A DNA stretch of 64,000 nucleotides from Acidobacteriota bacterium (GTDB lineage: Bacteria; Acidobacteriota; Vicinamibacteria; Vicinamibacterales; SCN-69-37): NCBI GenBank assembly GCA_947467605.1, contig CANIII010000003.1:74154-138153 (forward strand), written 5' to 3'. Both the position numbers and the translations under genes were made by a program. This document shows positions 59,559 through 64,000 of this stretch, in pieces (the first letter of the stretch is position 1; every line of letters begins with the position of its first letter). The notes beneath the pieces are model-generated. The model ran no database searches and was not told the DNA's origin. It saw only the letters and a program-made list of their open reading frames with translations.

Positions 59559-60815
59559 ATGAACGACGTCCTCACGATCATCCTTGGCGGCGGCCGCGGC
59601 ACACGGCTCTTTCCGCTGACGCATCTGCGCTCGAAACCCGCAGTGCCGATTGGCGGCAAATACCGGTTGATCGACATCCCGATCAGCAACTGCCTGCACG
59701 CCGGATTCAAGCGCATCTACGTCCTGACGCAGTTCAACTCGGCGTCACTCAACCGCCACATTTCGCAAACCTATCGGCTCGATCTGTTCTCCGGCGGCTT
59801 CGTGGAAGTGATCGCCGCCGAGCAGACGCCCGACGGCGAGCAGTGGTTTCAGGGTACGGCCGACGCCGTGCGGCAGGCCGCGCGCCACTTCGGCAACGTC
59901 GATGCCGAGTACTACCTCATCCTGGCCGGCGACCACGTCTTCCGGATGGACTTTGCGGAACTCGTCGCCTCGCACATCGAACGCGGCGCCGACATCACCA
60001 TTGCGGCGCAGCCCGTCACACCAGACGACGCCACACAGATGGGCATCTTCCGGTTTGATGGCGTGGGCCACATCTCGGGATTTGAAGAGAAGCCGTCGCC
60101 GCAGCGGTTGGCGGAGATGGGCACCAGCGTGCCGTCCGGTCAACTCGCCCGCCGCATGACGCCCGACAAACCGTTCATGGCGTCGATGGGCATCTACGTC
60201 TTTTCACGCGACGTCCTGCACGAAGTGCTGGCGCGTGATCGCGCCGTCGATTTCGGCCGCGAGATCATCCCGCACGCCCTTGGCAGCCACCGCGTGCACG
60301 CGCACTTCTACAACGGCTACTGGGCGGATGTCGGCACGGTGTCGTCGTTCTACGACGTCAACCTGATGCTCACGCAGCACGGCGCGCCGTTCAATTTCTT
60401 TCACCCGACACGGCCGATCTACACGCGTCCGCGGTTTCTGCCGGCAACGCAGATTCACAAGAGCGAGATCGATCAGGCGCTGGTGTCAGAAGGCTGCTAC
60501 ATCGACAACAACTGCCAGATCACGAACTCGGTCGTCGGCATTCGCACGGCCATTCAGCCCAACGCGCGCATCTCGCGGTCGGTGCTGCTCGGCGCCGACT
60601 TCTACGAGGAAAACTACGGCAACATCCCGATGGGTATCGGCAAAAACGCGATCCTCGACAAAGTGATCGTCGACAAGAACGCCCGGATCGGCGACGACGT
60701 GGTGCTGGTGAATGAACGCAACATCCAGCACGCCGACGGCGACGGCTATCGCATTCGCAGCGGCATCATCGTCGTGCCCAAGGGTGGCGTGGTGAAACCG
60801 GGGACGGTCGTCTAG
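59559..60815 (+). CDS. glgC: glucose-1-phosphate adenylyltransferase
   Basis: ILGGGRGTRLFPLT..SKPAVPIGGKYRLIDIPISNC N-terminal signature and C-terminal left-handed beta-helix. Confidence 0.92.
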   Translation: MNDVLTIILGGGRGTRLFPLTHLRSKPAVPIGGKYRLIDIPISNCLHAGFKRIYVLTQFNSASLNRHISQTYRLDLFSGGFVEVIAAEQTPDGEQWFQGTADAVRQAARHFGNVDAEYYLILAGDHVFRMDFAELVASHIERGADITIAAQPVTPDDATQMGIFRFDGVGHISGFEEKPSPQRLAEMGTSVPSGQLARRMTPDKPFMASMGIYVFSRDVLHEVLARDRAVDFGREIIPHALGSHRVHAHFYNGYWADVGTVSSFYDVNLMLTQHGAPFNFFHPTRPIYTRPRFLPATQIHKSEIDQALVSEGCYIDNNCQITNSVVGIRTAIQPNARISRSVLLGADFYEENYGNIPMGIGKNAILDKVIVDKNARIGDDVVLVNERNIQHADGDGYRIRSGIIVVPKGGVVKPGTVV

Positions 60816-61315
60816 GGCCGGAGCGCGCGCAGCATCTTGGGCGTGGCCAACCAGACAAGTTCGCCCGATCCCTGAAGCGGGATGGACGGCACATCGATGC
60901 GACCGACTCCACCCTTCTTGAATACGAGTGGATGTCGCGCGCCAATCAACCAGGCGGCCAGTTCGCCGAGGCCCGGCTCGTGGCCGACCAGGGCGATGCC
61001 ATCGGCCTCGGTGTGCTGCGAGAGCACGTCGGCGATGGCGGACGGTGAGGCGCCGGGCGTCAGCGACGCGCTGACAACGAGCGCCGGTGGCTCAGCCGAG
61101 CCGGCGATGATCAAGTCGGCCGTCTGTTTGGCGCGGACCAGCGGGCTGGTCACGACCACATCGATCGTGACGCCCATTTCACTCAATCCATCAACCACCT
61201 CGCGCATCCGCGCCGCGCCCTTGTGTGTCAGCGGACGCTTGGTGTCATCCGGCCAGTCGGTGCCGCGATCAAACGCGATGGCGTGCCGGACCAGGTACAA
61301 CGAACGCATGCCCAT
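60812..61315 (-). CDS. sixA: phosphohistidine phosphatase SixA
   Basis: LYLVRHAIA (RHG-type motif) and SPLVRAKQTA; 167 aa histidine phosphatase fold. Confidence 0.8.
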   Translation of the reverse strand: MGMRSLYLVRHAIAFDRGTDWPDDTKRPLTHKGAARMREVVDGLSEMGVTIDVVVTSPLVRAKQTADLIIAGSAEPPALVVSASLTPGASPSAIADVLSQHTEADGIALVGHEPGLGELAAWLIGARHPLVFKKGGVGRIDVPSIPLQGSGELVWLATPKMLRALRP

Positions 61316-62140
61316 TCACTTCACTCCACGATGCCGTGCGGATCGGAGCTGCGGCAACACCGCAGCATGCAGTGCCCGACAATCGGCCTCCACATCATCT
61401 GTCATTCGGGCCAGATCGCGCGCAACGCGGCCCCGGCCCGGCACGAATCGGCTTTCCACGTCGCGGATCTGTCCCTGCAGCACCTGCAGGTCATGCAATC
61501 GGCCCAACTGTTCCTGAATGGCCGTGAGCGCCTCGATGCGCGCGATCGATCGCCGCGCGGAGAGCTCCGCAGTGACTTCGAGTACATAGCGCAGCTTCTT
61601 GACCTCAATGCGGACACGATGCAGCCGCTCGATTTCATACAACGCTCCGACGGCCTTCACAGCCCGCGCGAGCGAGGCCTCGCGGGTCAGCCGTCGTTCA
61701 GAGAGGCGCAGCGCAACGTCGCCGACCGTCAGGACCGCGGCCTCTGCGCCGACGCGTCGAATCGCGCGACCCAGCTTGCCTGGATCCACGCCATCTCGGC
61801 GAGCCCGCCATGTCGCGCGACGCGTCTTCGCCACGTCATCAAGATGACGTCGAATACGGCCCACGATTGATCCGGGCCAATCGTGGCGTGCGGCCTCTTC
61901 GGCAAGAAGGTCGATGGTGACGTCGATCTCGCGCTCGGCGCCGAGGACCCGCCGTACGTCACGGACCTGACGTGCGACCCGCTCACCGACCCGTCCGGCG
62001 AGCGGCAAGACCTCTGCGAGACGACGGGCGGCGACTCGGGCGCGATGGGTGTCTCTGGCGCGGCCGTCCAACGCGCGCGGCAGATGTTCCAGCAACGCTT
62101 CAGCGCGCGCCTCGATCGCGTGGACCAGGTCGCGTGGCAT
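61316..62140 (-). CDS. CHAD domain-containing protein
   Basis: HRARVAARRLAEVL, LHRVRIEVKKLRYVLE, IQEQLGRLHDLQVL: the three characteristic CHAD helices. ORF-track start 62407 trimmed to ATG 62140. Confidence 0.8.
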   Translation of the reverse strand: MPRDLVHAIEARAEALLEHLPRALDGRARDTHRARVAARRLAEVLPLAGRVGERVARQVRDVRRVLGAEREIDVTIDLLAEEAARHDWPGSIVGRIRRHLDDVAKTRRATWRARRDGVDPGKLGRAIRRVGAEAAVLTVGDVALRLSERRLTREASLARAVKAVGALYEIERLHRVRIEVKKLRYVLEVTAELSARRSIARIEALTAIQEQLGRLHDLQVLQGQIRDVESRFVPGRGRVARDLARMTDDVEADCRALHAAVLPQLRSARHRGVK

Positions 62141-62157
62141 CGTCGTGCTAGCATGCC

Positions 62158-62163
62158 TTAATA
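62158..62163 (-). promoter_or_regulatory. putative -10 box TATTAA for CHAD-sixA, 16 nt downstream of the Pho-box-like site
   Basis: Minus strand reads GTTTACACGGTTGTTACgtcaggccgaggcagtTATTAAggcatgctagcacgacgATG. Confidence 0.35.
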
Positions 62164-62179
62164 ACTGCCTCGGCCTGAC

Positions 62180-62196
62180 GTAACAACCGTGTAAAC
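62180..62196 (-). promoter_or_regulatory. Pho-box-like tandem repeat GTTTACAC-GGTT-GTTAC
   Basis: 15/17 identical to 58719-58735. 40-56 nt upstream of the CHAD ATG in the same orientation as that gene. Ends 1 nt before the ppx ATG on the other strand. Confidence 0.45.
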
Positions 62197-62197
62197 C

Positions 62198-63901
62198 ATG
62201 CAGATAGCCGCCATCGACATCGGGACCAACTCGGTGCACATGATCGTGGTGCGCCTTCGCCCGGATCTCTCGTTCGAAGTCATCGATCGCGAAAAAGACA
62301 TGGTGCGGCTTGGTGCCGGCGGCCTTGAGGGCGGTGAGCTCACGGCTTCGGCCATGGCCACCGCGCTGCTGACCCTCGCAAAGTTCCGGCGTCTCGCGGA
62401 GTCGCATGGCGTCGACGAGATCATCGCGTCGGCCACGAGCGCGGTTCGAGAATCAGGAAACGGCGGCGACTTCATCGCCGAGGTCTATCGCACCACCGGC
62501 ATCCGTGTGAATGTAATCTCCGGCACGGAAGAGGCCCGGCTCATTCATCTTGCCGCGGCGTACGCGACCGGCATTGGCGCCCGCACGGGCGTCGTCATTG
62601 ACATTGGCGGCGGGAGCGTCGAGGTCACGTCGGGCACGGCCGCGCGCATGCACAGCGGGCGCAGCTTCAAGCTTGGGGTGATTCGTCTGACGGAGAAGTA
62701 CGTCGCGAGCGACCCGCTGTCGCGCGGGGACGAGCGCCGCATGGTCAAGGCCATTCGCCGCGACACGCGCGCGTTTCTCACGCAACTGCGGCGGCGCGGC
62801 TTTGACCGCGTCATCGGCACGTCGGGCACGATCACGACGCTCGGCGAACTGGCCGCCGGCCATCGGCACACGGCCGGCGATGTGCGCAACCTGCGGATCA
62901 CGTCGAAGGCCGTGCATCGACTGCGTCAGCAACTCACCGATCTGCCAATCGCCGACCGACTCAAGCTGCCCGGGCTCGACCCGAAGCGCGCGGACCTCTC
63001 GGTGGCCGGCAGCGTGCTGCTCGACACGCTGCTGGAGGAGCTCCGCGCGGACGACCTGACGCTGTGCGATTTCGCACTGCGCGAGGGTCTGGTGCTCGAC
63101 TACATTAAACGCAACCGCGCGCACATCCAGCAGGTTGAGCGGTATCCGGACGTCCGCCGCCGCAGCGTGATGGAGCTTGGCGAACGGTGCAATTTTCTGG
63201 CCGATCATGCGCGGCAGGTCGCGCGGCTCGCGTTGCAGTTGTTCGATCAACTGAAAGCCAACCACGGTCTGGGATCTCAGGAACGCGAGTGGCTGGAATA
63301 CGCGGCGCTGCTGCACGACGTGGGCACGCACATCAGCTACGAGCGGCACCACAAGCACTCGTACTACCTGATCAAGAACGGCGATCTGCGCGGATTTGAA
63401 CCGGTCGAGATCGACATCATCGCGCTGGTGGCGCGGTATCACCGACAGGCGCCGCCGAGAAAGTCGCACGAAGGCTTCGGCACGTTGCCTGGCCGATCGC
63501 GTGACGTCGTGAAACTGCTCGGGGCCTTGCTGCGACTGGCCGAAGGCCTCGATCGGAGCCATGCGCAGGCGGTCTCGGCCCTGCGCGTGCGATCGACAGA
63601 CGGCAAACGCGGCGCGTGGATGATTCGGCTGCGGACGGCCGGCGATGCCGAACTGGAACTCTGGGCCGCGCATCGTCACGTCGCGGTGCTGGCGGAGCTG
63701 CTGAAACGTCCGATTGAATTTGAACTGCACCGTGCGCCGTCAAAGGGTGGCGCCTCACATGCTCAACACGCTCATCACACCACACAGCTATCCCGGAAAA
63801 CTGTTCGTCGTCGAGGGGATCGACGGGTCGGGCAAAACCACGCAGCTCGGCCTGCTGGCCAAGTGGCTCGCCGCCGCGGGCCATCGCGTGTTCGTGACTG
63901 A
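62198..63901 (+). CDS. ppx: exopolyphosphatase, Ppx/GppA family with C-terminal HD domain
   Basis: IAAIDIGTNSVHMIVV and DIGGGSVE ASKHA motifs; LLHDVG HD motif. The last ~47 codons overlap tmk and look like out-of-frame Arg-rich read-through. Confidence 0.85.
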   Translation: MQIAAIDIGTNSVHMIVVRLRPDLSFEVIDREKDMVRLGAGGLEGGELTASAMATALLTLAKFRRLAESHGVDEIIASATSAVRESGNGGDFIAEVYRTTGIRVNVISGTEEARLIHLAAAYATGIGARTGVVIDIGGGSVEVTSGTAARMHSGRSFKLGVIRLTEKYVASDPLSRGDERRMVKAIRRDTRAFLTQLRRRGFDRVIGTSGTITTLGELAAGHRHTAGDVRNLRITSKAVHRLRQQLTDLPIADRLKLPGLDPKRADLSVAGSVLLDTLLEELRADDLTLCDFALREGLVLDYIKRNRAHIQQVERYPDVRRRSVMELGERCNFLADHARQVARLALQLFDQLKANHGLGSQEREWLEYAALLHDVGTHISYERHHKHSYYLIKNGDLRGFEPVEIDIIALVARYHRQAPPRKSHEGFGTLPGRSRDVVKLLGALLRLAEGLDRSHAQAVSALRVRSTDGKRGAWMIRLRTAGDAELELWAAHRHVAVLAELLKRPIEFELHRAPSKGGASHAQHAHHTTQLSRKTVRRRGDRRVGQNHAARPAGQVARRRGPSRVRD

Positions 63902-64000
63902 ATGGAATTCGTCGGCGCTGGTCAAGGCCGCGACCAAGACAGGCAAGAAGAAGAATGCGCTGACGCCGATGACGTTCAGCCTGCTGCACGCTACCGACTT
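63759..64000 (+). CDS. tmk: dTMP (thymidylate) kinase, N-terminal part; continues beyond the right edge
   Basis: Not in ORF track (no stop in window). Manual translation gives MLNTLITPHSYPGKLFVVEGIDGSGKTTQLGLLAKWL.. with the Tmk P-loop. Confidence 0.7.
   Translation, partial: MLNTLITPHSYPGKLFVVEGIDGSGKTTQLGLLAKWLAAAGHRVFVTEWNSSALVKAATKTGKKKNALTPMTFSLLHATD

Noticed and set aside
62453-63730. 425-aa minus-strand ORF
   Set aside because: Antisense to ppx (clear ASKHA and HD motifs on the plus strand).

Overview
Visibly GC-rich bacterial chromosomal segment (GC not computed). TIGR03436-type VWFA proteins, CarboxypepD_reg proteins and a fused MFS/spermidine synthase suggest Acidobacteriota; this is inference, no search was run. 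About 55 protein genes, mostly on the minus strand and mostly housekeeping: uvrB (partial), greA, rarA, mutL, ppdK, glyQS, recO, mgtE, one long tightly coupled operon (gamma-CA-hisS-aspS-ROK-phoH-ybeY-CorC/HlyC-era), moaA, msrPQ, the imuA-imuB-dnaE2 mutagenesis cassette, and a phosphate/polyphosphate block (MFS-RR-HK, DUF47-Pit, orphan RR, glgC, sixA, CHAD, ppx, tmk partial). Many ORF-track entries are antisense shadow ORFs or 5'-over-extended ORFs; I trimmed starts where family N-termini, RBSs or stop/start coupling (ATGA, GTGA, TTGA, TAGTG) allowed. I found no rRNA, tRNA, CRISPR array, transposase or integrase. Observations worth a second look: (1) a monocistronic 692-aa radical SAM enzyme with archaeal Tes/GDGT-MAS-like cysteine architecture, flanked by an AT-rich palindrome and a 9-unit octamer repeat; (2) two non-coding palindromic/TIR elements sharing CATGRAG repeats, one carrying a GxxExxY gene relic; (3) a near-identical 17-mer of 11-bp-phased TTACA repeats (Pho-box-like) at two loci of the phosphate/polyP block; (4) a direct-repeat SOS-box candidate on the imuA promoter and an extra fourth gene in that cassette; (5) recurrent TACAAT-type -10 boxes 6-8 nt from start codons, suggesting leaderless mRNAs; (6) several uncharacterised membrane or secreted gene sets. 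All family calls rest on motifs read by eye and need HMM/BLAST confirmation.
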